From Rhina ancylostomus (taxonomy: Eukaryota): a DNA stretch of 64,000 nucleotides. The notes under the pieces were generated by a model. The model saw nothing but the letters and a program-made list of their open reading frames with translations, did not search any database and was not told where the DNA came from. Each line of letters begins with the position of its first letter. Within the stretch, counting starts at the first letter, position 1. A program made the position numbers and the translations under genes. The DNA lies in contig JARFYF010000029.1 of the NCBI GenBank assembly GCA_030265395.1, positions 13,980,943 to 14,044,942 on the forward strand, written 5' to 3'. Below, piece by piece: positions 12,801 through 23,200 of the stretch.

Positions 12801-14311
12801 ACGTTGCTTTGAGGAACATTGCTCATGATCAAGATTTATAACTTTCGCGCAGTGCCCCAAAATAAAAGTTATAGCTGCGATTTCTATGGCTTTCAAGAAC
12901 ATATTTCATACATAGGAATTATACTTAGCAATACCAAATTACTGAGTGTTTGCATTGTTTTGAAAAAGAGACAATTGAAAACACTTATTTGTTTCTTTGT
13001 ATATATTTTGCAGGTGATGGTCCCAATGCACATCTGCAGAAACTGGCAGAATCTATTCGATGGTCATATGGAGCAGGGATTGTTCTGAGACTGGGAAACA
13101 TCGCTAGACTGGAACTCAACTATTGTATTCCCATGGGAGTGCAGAGTGGAGATAGGCAAGTACTGCTTGCATTCTATCAGTCCTGCAGGTCAACTATTTT
13201 GTAAAAAGCTAGTTTCTCGTTAGTGGTAAATTATTTGTGTTCTATTTGTATTTGGTTGAACTGTGACAAAGTTTATTAGTTGCATATGTTTTAGTCCATA
13301 TGGGGGAGAAAATCAATCACACAGGGTATAAGCATATAAAGCTATTGATGTCTGCAGATTTCAAATATATGTATAGAAAATCTATTTGGTACGCTTATGG
13401 TTAAGTAGGTCTCTGAGGTAATCATGACCCTCTTAATTGTGTGTTTTTTCTATAGCATTCAATGTATTAAAAAAAAGTTATTTCTCAAAATATAAATGTT
13501 GTGTTGCAGAATAATCCTTTCAGTTCTTCAAGAAGCATAGAAGAGGTTTTCTCTTGTATGTGTTGAAATAGGAAGGCCATATTAAGAATGGAGTTATGAT
13601 TTTATGTTGCTAAAATAGAGCTCTTGGCCTTGAATTTCCTTCTTTCTTGAATTGGCTGATGTTAAATGAATGGGTATTGAAAGTTGTGCAGCAAATTGAC
13701 TTAAAGGGTTTGTTTTAAAAGAGGAATTTGGAGAAGATGGTCCACAGGTTTGTTTAAAGGCAAGAATTTGGAGGAGGTAGTTGTCTCCATTATGTTAGAA
13801 TTTATTTTAGCATGACTATAAATCCACAGAAACATGCTGAAAATTTCCTTTAAAAATGTGTTCTATATACTTTGAAGCTTTCACACAATGTGTAAATTGA
13901 GAAAAGTCAGCAATTTTTGTTAAAATCTGTTCAAAATCATCATGTAGAATAAGTAAGGGTGTTATTCATTTCTTTTCTGAAGGAATTTCACTGAACTTAG
14001 AGGTATCATTATGGCAGCCGGAATGACAGCTCATATCTTGGACAATCTATTGTGCTCTTTTCCATGTTTTGAGATACAGAAACAAGATAAAGAATGTATG
14101 CTGATATATAAAATTAAAAGTTTAAAAAAAACACAGTAGGTTTCATCAGAATCCAAAAGATGATTTCACATTGGTTATGACTTTTCATTTTCCATAGTTT
14201 TATGATGGGCACAACTGGGATGAAATTTCAAATGTAACAATCTTATTTTTTCCTACCCTGTGCAGGATATGCGATGGAGTCCAGTTTGGAGCAGGAATAA
14301 GGTTTCTGTGA
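766..14311 (+). CDS. SAMM50: SAMM50 (mitochondrial SAM complex beta-barrel, Omp85 family), coding exons 4-15, 5' partial: join(766..853,3702..3808,3904..4034,5803..5890,6507..6635,7305..7376,8505..8591,9231..9301,10438..10505,12352..12498,13014..13155,14266..14311)
   Basis: Twelve exons with compatible phases translate continuously from [18 protein letters not shown] to [15 protein letters not shown]. The translation matches human SAMM50 as recalled, including the (V/I)RGF motif and the C-terminal beta-signal. Confidence 0.97.
1783..2030 (+). mobile_element. tRNA-derived SINE (V-SINE/HE1-like)
   Basis: A-box-like TAGTGTAGCCGTTAG, B box GGTTCAATTCC (1833-1843) and V-domain-like GGGTTTCCTCCGGGTGCTCTGATTTCCTCCCACA. 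Absent from the second copy of the duplication. Confidence 0.88.
2110..2465 (-). mobile_element. CR1 LINE 3' end fragment
   Basis: Reverse-complemented CR1 tail (catagagttgtacac...aggcccttc), shared with other copies in the window. Confidence 0.7.
3702..3808 (+). CDS. SAMM50: SAMM50 exon 5 ([36 protein letters not shown])
   Basis: aag|GT acceptor, ATG|gtaagg donor, 107 bp. Confidence 0.96.
3904..4034 (+). CDS. SAMM50: SAMM50 exon 6 ([43 protein letters not shown])
   Basis: tag|GTT acceptor, AA|gtaatg donor, 131 bp. Confidence 0.96.
5330..5560 (-). mobile_element. tRNA-derived SINE (V-SINE-like)
   Basis: Reverse strand has B box GGTTCGATTCC and a V-domain-like GGGTTTC...TTTCCTCCCACATTC; related to 1783-2030. 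Confidence 0.82.
5803..5890 (+). CDS. SAMM50: SAMM50 exon 7 ([30 protein letters not shown])
   Basis: cag|T acceptor, AAC|gtaagt donor, 88 bp. Confidence 0.96.
6507..6635 (+). CDS. SAMM50: SAMM50 exon 8 ([43 protein letters not shown])
   Basis: cag|TTT acceptor, TCG|gtaaat donor, 129 bp. Confidence 0.96.
7305..7376 (+). CDS. SAMM50: SAMM50 exon 9 ([24 protein letters not shown])
   Basis: cag|CAC acceptor, CAG|gtaaaa donor, 72 bp. Confidence 0.95.
8505..8591 (+). CDS. SAMM50: SAMM50 exon 10 ([29 protein letters not shown])
   Basis: cag|GAA acceptor, TGT|gtgaga donor, 87 bp. Confidence 0.95.
9231..9301 (+). CDS. SAMM50: SAMM50 exon 11 ([24 protein letters not shown])
   Basis: tag|GTT acceptor, AG|gtgagt donor, 71 bp. 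Confidence 0.96.
9633..9835 (-). mobile_element. Rex1/Babar-like LINE 3' UTR fragment
   Basis: Same ttggtttattattgtcac...gaggtacag...aattcattacaacag sequence as the Rex1-like copies at 48401, 52975 and 54378. Confidence 0.7.
10438..10505 (+). CDS. SAMM50: SAMM50 exon 12 ([22 protein letters not shown])
   Basis: cag|A acceptor, AAG|gtatgt donor, 68 bp; contains the Omp85 VRGF motif. Confidence 0.96.
10667..12267 (+). repeat. 73-bp direct repeat pair (10667-10739 and 12195-12267)
   Basis: catgtatattccaggtttatgtagactttaatggcaagtggcaagatc(ca/tg)ttaagattaaggagttgaattag occurs twice with 2 mismatches. Confidence 0.93.
12352..12498 (+). CDS. SAMM50: SAMM50 exon 13 ([49 protein letters not shown])
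   Basis: aag|GG acceptor, TATG|gtaagg donor, 147 bp. Confidence 0.96.
13014..13155 (+). CDS. SAMM50: SAMM50 exon 14 ([48 protein letters not shown])
   Basis: cag|GT acceptor, non-canonical AG|gcaagt donor, 142 bp; visible inside ORF 12950..13204. Confidence 0.94.
14266..14311 (+). CDS. SAMM50: SAMM50 last coding exon ([14 protein letters not shown])
   Basis: cag|G acceptor, TGA at 14309-14311. Confidence 0.96.
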
Positions 14312-14381
14312 TGCCTTTTGAGAAGCTGTATTGTGCAGGTGTTCCACTGTTAAAGTCAAATCAGTACTTAATCCAAATTAT

Positions 14382-14387
14382 AATAAA
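14382..14387 (+). terminator. Candidate SAMM50 polyadenylation signal AATAAA
   Basis: AATAAA about 70 nt after the stop codon, followed by GT/T-rich sequence. Confidence 0.6.
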
Positions 14388-15609
14388 GTTGTTTGTAATT
14401 TGACACTGGTTTTACATTTTTGCACTGTAAACATTCACAAGCGAAACCACTGGGGACAAAATGAATAGGGGACATAAGAGGCCTTTCAGCTCATCAAGCT
14501 ATTCCTTTATTCACTGAGATAGATCCTTACTGATGTGCACTTTAATTCCATCTTCCTGTCCTGCCGTTGATAACTTTTATGTCTTTGTCTTACAAAAATA
14601 AATTAATCTTGGATTTAGGATTTACCTAATGTTTTTGGTAGGAGGAAGTTACACATTGTCACTCTTTTTATGATGAAACATTTCATCTCACCACTCTGTC
14701 CCCACCACTCACCTCAGTAGTCTGGCTCTGATTTTTAAGGTTATGTCTCTTTGTTGTACTCACCACCAGTGAATAAAGTCCTAGCCTCCTTAACCTTATT
14801 TAGTCCAGACAATATTATGAAAGCATAATACTTGGAATTTACAGTTAAGAAGCAGGCTATTCAGACCAACTAATAAGTTAACACTACACATACTTTCCAA
14901 TTGTAATCTCATACTATTAATTCTGTCTTGCATTCCTTCCATGGGGAAAATATCCTTTCTCAACTGTGATGCCTGGAATTGTGCACAGTATTCCAGATAT
15001 AAATTTTGTTGTGCATATTTGTTTGACATCTTGCACGTCATTAATGAATGGTGCAGACATTTTAGTTCCAGAAACTACAGCGTAGCATTTTCTTTTAATG
15101 ACTGCCTTTGATATGAAAAGGAGAGACGTGTCTATAATGATTTCTGATACACTGATTTTTCAGTCTTACAGTCTTTTAAAATTACCATTTATGACTGTGA
15201 TTGAATTACCCTGAACTTTTAGAGGGAGATTTCTAGTTTTCTTTGCCAGAATCAAACAAAAAGCTTAATAGGACTGGCCAGTTTTTAATTGAATACACTG
15301 AAAATTCAGATAATGGATGCTTGATGTTTGTAGTTGCATTATTCTCTTTGATAAATAATAGTTAAGGAGTTTGCTGAAGAAATCCTCCATCATCCCTGTG
15401 AAATTCACATTGGGGCAAGTTTGCAGAGATAAATACTAGTTTTGCACCCTCTGAGTGAGTAGCAAATAAAAATTTCAATGTACATCATAAATTTAATGCA
15501 AAATTTGTTTTCTGTCAAACATCAAGGTGAGTTTGTTTAAATAAAATGTTCCATTTGATCCAGAATCCAACATCTCACATTAAATATTCAAGTTCATTGT
15601 AAAAGCTTA

Positions 15610-15695
15610 TGTCTATATCTCTCGCTGCCTTGGTGAAGCAGCCAGCATAATCAAAGGCCCCACCCACCCGGGTCATTCTCTCTTCTCTCCTCTCC
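15610..15695 (+). mobile_element. Rex1/Babar-like LINE fragment running into a gap
   Basis: Encodes [23 protein letters not shown], matching the Rex1-like C-terminus at 48401-49016. Confidence 0.75.
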
Positions 15696-16686
15696 NNNNN
15701 NNNNNNNNNNNNNNNNNNNNNNNNNNNNNNNNNNNNNNNNNNNNNNNNNNNNNNNNNNNNNNNNNNNNNNNNNNNNNNNNNNNNNNNNNNNNNNNNNNNN
15801 NNNNNNNNNNNNNNNNNNNNNNNNNNNNNNNNNNNNNNNNNNNNNNNNNNNNNNNNNNNNNNNNNNNNNNNNNNNNNNNNNNNNNNNNNNNNNNNNNNNN
15901 NNNNNNNNNNNNNNNNNNNNNNNNNNNNNNNNNNNNNNNNNNNNNNNNNNNNNNNNNNNNNNNNNNNNNNNNNNNNNNNNNNNNNNNNNNNNNNNNNNNN
16001 NNNNNNNNNNNNNNNNNNNNNNNNNNNNNNNNNNNNNNNNNNNNNNNNNNNNNNNNNNNNNNNNNNNNNNNNNNNNNNNNNNNNNNNNNNNNNNNNNNNN
16101 NNNNNNNNNNNNNNNNNNNNNNNNNNNNNNNNNNNNNNNAGAACAATTGTGGTGGTGGGGGGAGGGGTGGTGGTCGTAGGTGAAGAACAACCAAAAGCAA
16201 CTTGCTTTTCAAATGAGATGTGATCTTTTGAATAGAAATAAAAGAGAGAAAAGGGTGAAATCATGTAATAACAAGCTATAGTCTCTTAGTTCTGTCTTAT
16301 TTAATAAAAGTTAGTGGCCTCCTAATGGAAAATAAGATCCCTATGCATGTGAATGCATTATGAATACACACAGTAGTGTACTGGTTCATTGCCCTTTCTT
16401 TCCCAAGACATGTTCTAGTCAAACTGTTGGGATAAAAAATTCTGACAGCTGGCTGAGTTTTAGATTAGCACATGGAACTAGCAAATTGATCTGTTTTAGA
16501 ACAAAATAGATCGTCTAAATTCCACAAGATAGTAGGTTTTACTAGTGTTAAATAATCACTAAAAATAGTGTTAATTTTTTTTGGAGTTTATCAAATGATG
16601 ACCTTAATATAACTGGAGTATCTTTACATTTCAGAGAACACTAATGTTTCTCAGTGAGAAAACCTATGTCCCAGTACACACTTCTA

Positions 16687-16894
16687 TTGCCCTAATTAAC
16701 AAGTTAAAATATTTTTATGCATCAATAATCCACCCTTGCACATCAAATACAAGTACCTTTGCTAAATGCCCACGGAGTAATCCACTGGAATTGCCTTAAT
16801 TAACAAGTTAAAATATTTTTATGCAACAATAATCCACCCTTGCACATCACATACAAGTACCTTTGCTAAATGCCCACGGAGTAATCCACAGGAA
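16687..16894 (+). repeat. Tandem duplication, 2 x 104 bp
   Basis: ttgcc(c/t)taattaacaagttaaaatatttttatgc...ggagtaatccac(t/a)ggaa repeated head to tail with about 4 mismatches. Confidence 0.93.
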
Positions 16895-17249
16895 TTTTTT
16901 CAAGTGGGGTCAAAACCCAAACCATCTAACATTGAAATTGGAACATTTATCTCTCAGCCAGTGGTCAGCTGTATTGAGAGCTGATTATATTGCAATGTTT
17001 ATGATTGTCAATGCAATATTCTCTAATTTTCACTTGCTGGAGCTGGTGTTCACCATCTATTGACAAGTGGGAATATTAATCTCAAAATGCCAATTTTTAA
17101 AAATCAAGATTCATGCTCCTGAGCTGAAGTACATGTCTCCAAGTTTGCTGGATTTTTTTTTGCCTCATACCTGCTTCTGCATACTTCCTGGATTTTCATT
17201 CTAAGAGTATTCTTGGATAAGGTATCCTTCAAACAGCATCTGAGATCAC

Positions 17250-19420
17250 TTTGTAATCCCATTCATTTTAGGACCTAGCTACACTTCATGCTGTCTCCAT
17301 GTTATCCACAGCAACTTTATCTAACCACAGACCCTCTAACTTTTAACTCTGAATTCTTTGTTAAAGTTTCTCTCCCATTTACTGCGAGATATGTGTACCC
17401 AACAGTGATGACATACTGGAGATTGCCACTTCCATTTATACATTTTATTTTACTGCTTTTTACAACTTCTGAACTGCTCTGACCTGTTCCAATACTCCTT
17501 CATTTTTTCTTAGATCCAGTGCCTTCCCATATTCCCTATCCCAACTCTTCAACACTCCTTGACCAACATCTCACTGTTACCTGCTTGAGCTTAATTCCTT
17601 ATCAGACTTCAGTTTTCATTTATGACTCTTCAAAGGGTTCATGCAGGCATTTGTCAATACTTATTTGTGAACAGCGAATCTAAATGTCACATCCAATGTT
17701 GCCATTGATTTACTCACCCAGCTTGCTTGTTGGACGTTAATCTCTCCAAACTGCTTCCTGTCAACTCATCTACCCAGCAGTGACAGTGGTTCTCTGCCAC
17801 TAAATCAGCTAACACTGTGCCTTTCCCCATTCCTCTTCAGAATGTACTCACCTGCACCCACAAGACCCTTGCAATCCATTTTGCTCTCCTCTGCCTAATC
17901 TATTTACTTATGGAGTCATCCTGGAATCCAAAGATCAACATCACAACAGAACACTTCTGTAATGCAAAACTCTTTAAACCCTTTTTACCCCTACTCAGTC
18001 TACCTGCTTCTGAAACCTACTGAACTGTTGCCAATGCAACTTTCCTTCCTGACCTATGTGTTAGCTGATAAAGTTCTAAATTGGCACTGATTTCCCCCAA
18101 TCTCCTTCAAATTAGCCACCATAATTCCCCCTAGTCAATGAAAAAATCCTTGATCTCTCCACCCTTCCAAACTCTCTCTCCCTTTTCCTCTCCTGATCGT
18201 TTTTTCAAACTTTGTTTCCAGTCCATTATTTGGCCTATTGACTGCTACAGCGATGAACCAGCTCTTAATTAGATGTGATTTGTATTCTTGTTAGGATTTG
18301 CAGACAGAAGATATCTCCACCTTCACCAACCTTTTCGGCCTGTCTGTAACCCATCAGGGTTTACCACACCATCTTTCTCCAGCTCATCCCTACTATCACT
18401 CACTTAATCCAATTCTTATCTATTCAATCATAGCCAGATTATTGCTTGCAAAAGGTTTTATTCCTGCTCTATACCATTATTAATGGTGTCCCCAAGAATC
18501 TGTCCTTGATGTCCTCCTATTTTGCTTCCATATACTGCCCCTCAGTGACAGCATGTGTTTCCATGTGCACACTGATACTCCCCTGTTCCTCACCACGGTA
18601 CCTCTTGATTATTCTATTGTCTCTAACTTGTTGAACTAGAACTTACTTCCAACTAAGTACAGCTAAACAATGTTAACTTGGCATGCTGGTTTTCTGAACT
18701 ATTGGATGTTATTTCTACTTATACCCCCAAAACATTTTAATTCACTTTTTATATGTTACACCATAGAATAATGTAGTAGAATAGGGAGTGCAGGAACTAG
18801 GGCCCCCGCTGAGTTTCAAGGCAGTGCATGAACCACAGCTCCAGTGAATTTCAGGGGATTGTGGGAACTGAGACCCAGATGCGCCAGAGAGACGGCGGGA
18901 ATCAACACTCGGTGAGTTCAATCCCAAATTATTGGGATTTATGAATGGTGAGATAGCAGATGATGGGGAAGAATGAATCCCCATTGTCTTTGGCCTCTCA
19001 TAAAATCTATTCCTGAAGCATCAATTCCATTCTTACTCTTACCGAACACCTGAGAGAGAACCAGACTTTTTTGCATCTTCAATATTAGTTACCTAGAATA
19101 AGCTGCTGAGTACACATCTGCTCCAACACTGAGAATGGCTCTTTCTCCTACTCCAACATTGCCTCACCTGCTGCCGAAGCTCTCATCTGAGAAGCTTTTG
19201 TTACCTGTGGAGTATTCCGAAGTACTCTTGGCTGAGCTCCAATTTAAAATTATTGGAAAGTCTGGTTGTTCTAATTTACAACAAGACCTATGATCATCTA
19301 TGCTTTTGATGATTAGTGTTGACTACTGGTTAAGGAAAGCCTTGTTCTTTCATCATTCTTGTTTATAATTCCCTTCTCCCTTTTCCTGTAATCTCTTGCA
19401 GCCCTCTGTCCCCCCTTCAA
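17250..19420 (+). mobile_element. Old, degenerate L2-like LINE remnants
   Basis: Pyrimidine-rich. Decayed RT motifs near 18485-18585 (ggtgtcccc...tctgtccttgatgtcctcctattt resembles GVPQGSVLGPLLF; ttccatgtgcacactgatact resembles FHxYADDT). Confidence 0.55.
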
Positions 19421-19629
19421 TTCCAGCCTCTTAATCATTCCCAATGTAATTGAACCATCGTTAGATTTACAACAGAAAGGGGGTTACAAGGGGTCTAATG
19501 GAATCATTAAGGCTTCAAAATAGATAGACCTTTAGAGAAACGACAGCCGAGTGATATCAACTGAATTGCACTGAATCATAAAATAGGTACACAATCAATG
19601 GGCTCAAGTCTTCCACAATGCGGTAATGA

Positions 19630-20210
19630 GCAGCAGCGGGAGGTTCACCGCATCCTGTTCTGCGGGCGGCGCTGCTGCGGGAGGGGGGCCCCGCCGGGTC
19701 CGGTTCCTGGAGCCGCAGATCGCAGTGAGAGGCAATGGCCACCACACCGGTGAGGCCCTCGGGCATCCAGCAGACGAGCAGGATGAGGAAGGACGAATCG
19801 TTCCTGGGGAAGCTGGGAGGGACGCTGGCGAGAAAGAAGAAGGCCCGAGAAGGTGAGTTGTGCGGGGAGCCGCTCTGCCCCGCCGCCGGCTGAGGGGGGG
19901 GGGGTGTGGGGGTGGGGGTGGGCTCAACCTCCTGCCTCCCTCCGTCCTCCTGCACCTTTTTCGGGGAGTCCGCAGGGCAGAAGCGGCCGGGATGTCACCC
20001 CTGTGCGTGGAGCCCTGAACGAGGGCTCANNNNNNNNNNNNNNNNNNNNNNNNNNNNNNNNNNNNNNNNNNNNNNNNNNNNNNNNNNNNNNNNNNNNNNN
20101 NNNNNNNNNNNNNNNNNNNNNNNNNNNNNGGGGAGTCCGCAGGGCAGACGCGGCCGGGATGTCACCCCGGTGCGTGGAGCCCTGAACGAGGGCTCACTGC
20201 CTCACTGAGG
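19630..20210. promoter_or_regulatory. CpG island over the PARVB promoter and exon 1
   Basis: Abrupt GC- and CpG-rich block in CpG-poor DNA, overlapping the first coding exon, with GC-box-like motifs. Confidence 0.8.
19735..19852 (+). CDS. PARVB: PARVB exon 1 ([39 protein letters not shown])
   Basis: gcaATGg Kozak context, AAG|gtgagt donor, phase 1. Confidence 0.94.
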
Positions 20211-23200
20211 ATGAGGTGGGGTGGGGTGAACGAGCTGCTGCAGGAACTCAGGCGGCATCTATGGAGGGAAATGGTTAATGTTTCCGGTCGAGACCCTTCA
20301 TCTGGACTGAAAGATAGAGGGGAGGTGGCCAGTATGGGAGGAGGTGAAGCAAGAGCTAGCAAGCAACAGGTGGATCCAGGTGAGGAGGGGTCAGTGACAC
20401 ATGGCGCAGGGAAGAGTGGAACTGGCTCCTGGTTGCAAGCAATTTTAATTCCCCCTCCCCCCCTTTCCAGGACCTGTTTGCCCTCGACCTCCTCCACTGC
20501 TAGGGAGAGGCCAACCGCAACTAGAGGAACAGCAACTCATTTTTCACATGGGTAGGTTACAACTCAACAGTTTAAACATTGAATTGGCCAATTTCAGGTA
20601 GCCTGTTCCCACTCTATCCCGTTCCTCTAACCTGATCTATCCAGTTTCTCCCACACTCACCCAACTATGTCTTCTGATCATCTTGTTTCATTTTCCTCCT
20701 GCATGCACTCCATCAGCTCACCATCCACACTCTGCTCCCAATGGGATCCCTCCCCTCCACTGTTCCCATCTGCCCTCCCTTATTTGGTTCCATGCTTCAC
20801 CTTCCTTTCCTGACAGATTCCATCATCTTTGTTGCCCCCACCTATCACCTCCTGGCCTCTGTTACTATTTCCACTCTTCCCTCCTCCATCTGCCCATCAC
20901 CATTCCTCAGCTGGATCTACCTATTGCTTGCCAGCTCTTGCTCCACCCCTTCCCTAACCTCTTTATTCTGGCCATCTCCCCTCTTTCAGTCCAGGTGTAG
21001 GGTCTCTACCTGAAACGTGGACTGTCCAGTTCCCTCTACTGATAATGCCCCGACCTGCTGAGTTCCTCTAGGATTTTACTATGCCAGATTTCAGTATTTG
21101 CAGTCCGTTGTGTCTACAGGATGAGGAGAAATGTCATCACATACAGGCTGGTGTGTCTTTCGAAAATTTCTTCCCCAGACAGCTGTGGAGGCTCCGTCAT
21201 TGATTGTATTCAAAGTAGAGATTAATAGATCTCTGGATATTAAAGGGATATGGGAATACAGCAGGACAATGGTTTTAAGATTGAATGTCAGCTGTGCTCT
21301 TGAGTGGAGAAGCGGGCTTGGCCTTCTCCAATTTCTTATGTTCAGTTCCAAAGCAATCTTGTCTCCTTTAATATGGTCTTTGCTCTTTTTTCAGCTTTAA
21401 ACTATGATTTTCTTTATAAAGTCAGATTTATTGGTTTTGAAATGCCCACTTTAAAGTCTGCATTTGAAGAGCTTCTCAATTTCTTGAAGAAAATGCTTTG
21501 GTTCTTTTCAGTTTGAGACATATTTGTGAAATTTTCATGTTTCAGTCTTTCATTTTGATGCTGGATAGGCTAAGTTTAACCAAGTCCAAGTTGTTTTAAG
21601 TGCCAGGATCCATTCAGATTGTAATTCGTATTCGACTGCTGAAAAATATTTTTATTAGCTGCTTTTTGAGAGAGGATTTGGCACTCTCCTGTGGAAAAGG
21701 AACGTTTATCATGTAACTAAAATGGAAAATGCTGGAAATATTCTGCAAGTCAGGCGGTATCTATGGCCGTAGAAACAATGCGATTGCTTAAGGTCAGTGG
21801 CCTTTAATTAGAATTGATATGTGTATGAACTGTCAGGATTAGGGGTAACATTAGTGCTCTCGGTCTTGTTGGAACGCAAAAGATTTAATCATTCTTGCAG
21901 CAAATGGGAAGTCTGTGTTTCACTTCATCTGAAACTCCTTAGTTGATATGCCAAGTTACTAAATTCTTCTTTAAATCCTACATATGTAGTTTTCTATAAT
22001 TTCTATGTATTTTTAATATGTTCAGTAATTATGAGTCACAGTTTGGGGAAGAACTGAATTCTAATATCTAGTTCATCATTTTACATCCCAAACTTCTGCG
22101 TTTAGTAGAGGAACCATACACGCCTTTTAACCAAGAACAATTCAAAATAGACTACTGTAGTGACTAATGTCATTTGTTTTTTGTGGAACTTTGCATTGTG
22201 CAAGTTGGTTCTTGTCTTTTGAAACTCAACAATGATTTTTCATTTCTAACTAATTCATTAGTTAAATTCTTCGAGATGCCTTGAGGATATGTAAGGCTTT
22301 TTTATATATGTAAAATTTGTCAATTTTATTTGATACAATCTTACACGTTTTAAGTTTGTGTGACCATGTGATTGTTCTTTTGTGCAGCAGGCTACTGTTG
22401 GTAGGTGACCCTCGCCTCCGCTCTGCAGCACAGTGGCACAGCCAGTGGAGCTGCTGCCTCACAACTCGATGTCTCAGGTTCAAACCTCGATCTGGTGCTG
22501 AGTTTGTGGAGGTTGCAGGCTCTCTCTGACTGTGTGGGTTTCCGCCAGCTTTCCCAAATACATATGAGTTGGTAGGTTAATTGGTGACTCTTAATGTGGG
22601 GGTGACTAGAGTCTGGGAGGAGTTGATGGGAACGTGGAGAGAATAAAGTAGGAATAGTGTAAGATTAGCATTAATGGTGCTTGATGTTGGTACGGACTTG
22701 GTGGGCTGAAGGGCCTGTTTCCTGCTGTACTGCTCTGAGTATAATTCCTGAATTTGAACTGAACTAGTAGGAGTGGGATTAAACTGGTCAAGGCTCATGA
22801 GGCGCAGCAACTCTTTTAAAATAGATTATTGTACTTAGAAATGCCAAATGCTCATCTGCTGTTTCTTTAAACAGAGTTTACTTAAAATGCTGCTCATGTG
22901 TACAGTTTTCTTTAACTCCAGATGATATTTGAACTTGACTCACCCGAGTGATCATTCAGAGGTGTCTGTTCCCACATGTACTGCTTTATTCTCCAAAATA
23001 TTACTTTATTCATATAATTTGCAAATTCAGTACATGTATTTGTCACTATTCTCAGAACAAACCACGTTATTCCATTTGCATACATTCATCAAATGGGTTC
23101 CAACCCCTCGAGTTCATTGGCAGGAGGGCCTTAAACTGTAGCTTGTCCTCACATAACCTTAACAGCAACAGCTCTGGGCTTTGTTGCCTTCCTCAGAAAG

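Noticed and set aside
15575-16264. Long ORFs made mostly of X (also 48368-48983 and other gaps)
   Set aside because: Artefacts of N runs lacking stop codons.
19626-19856. 76-aa ORF MSSSGRFTASC... as a separate gene
   Set aside because: It is an alternate frame over GC-rich PARVB exon 1. The parvin-like frame starts at 19735; kept only as a possible uORF.
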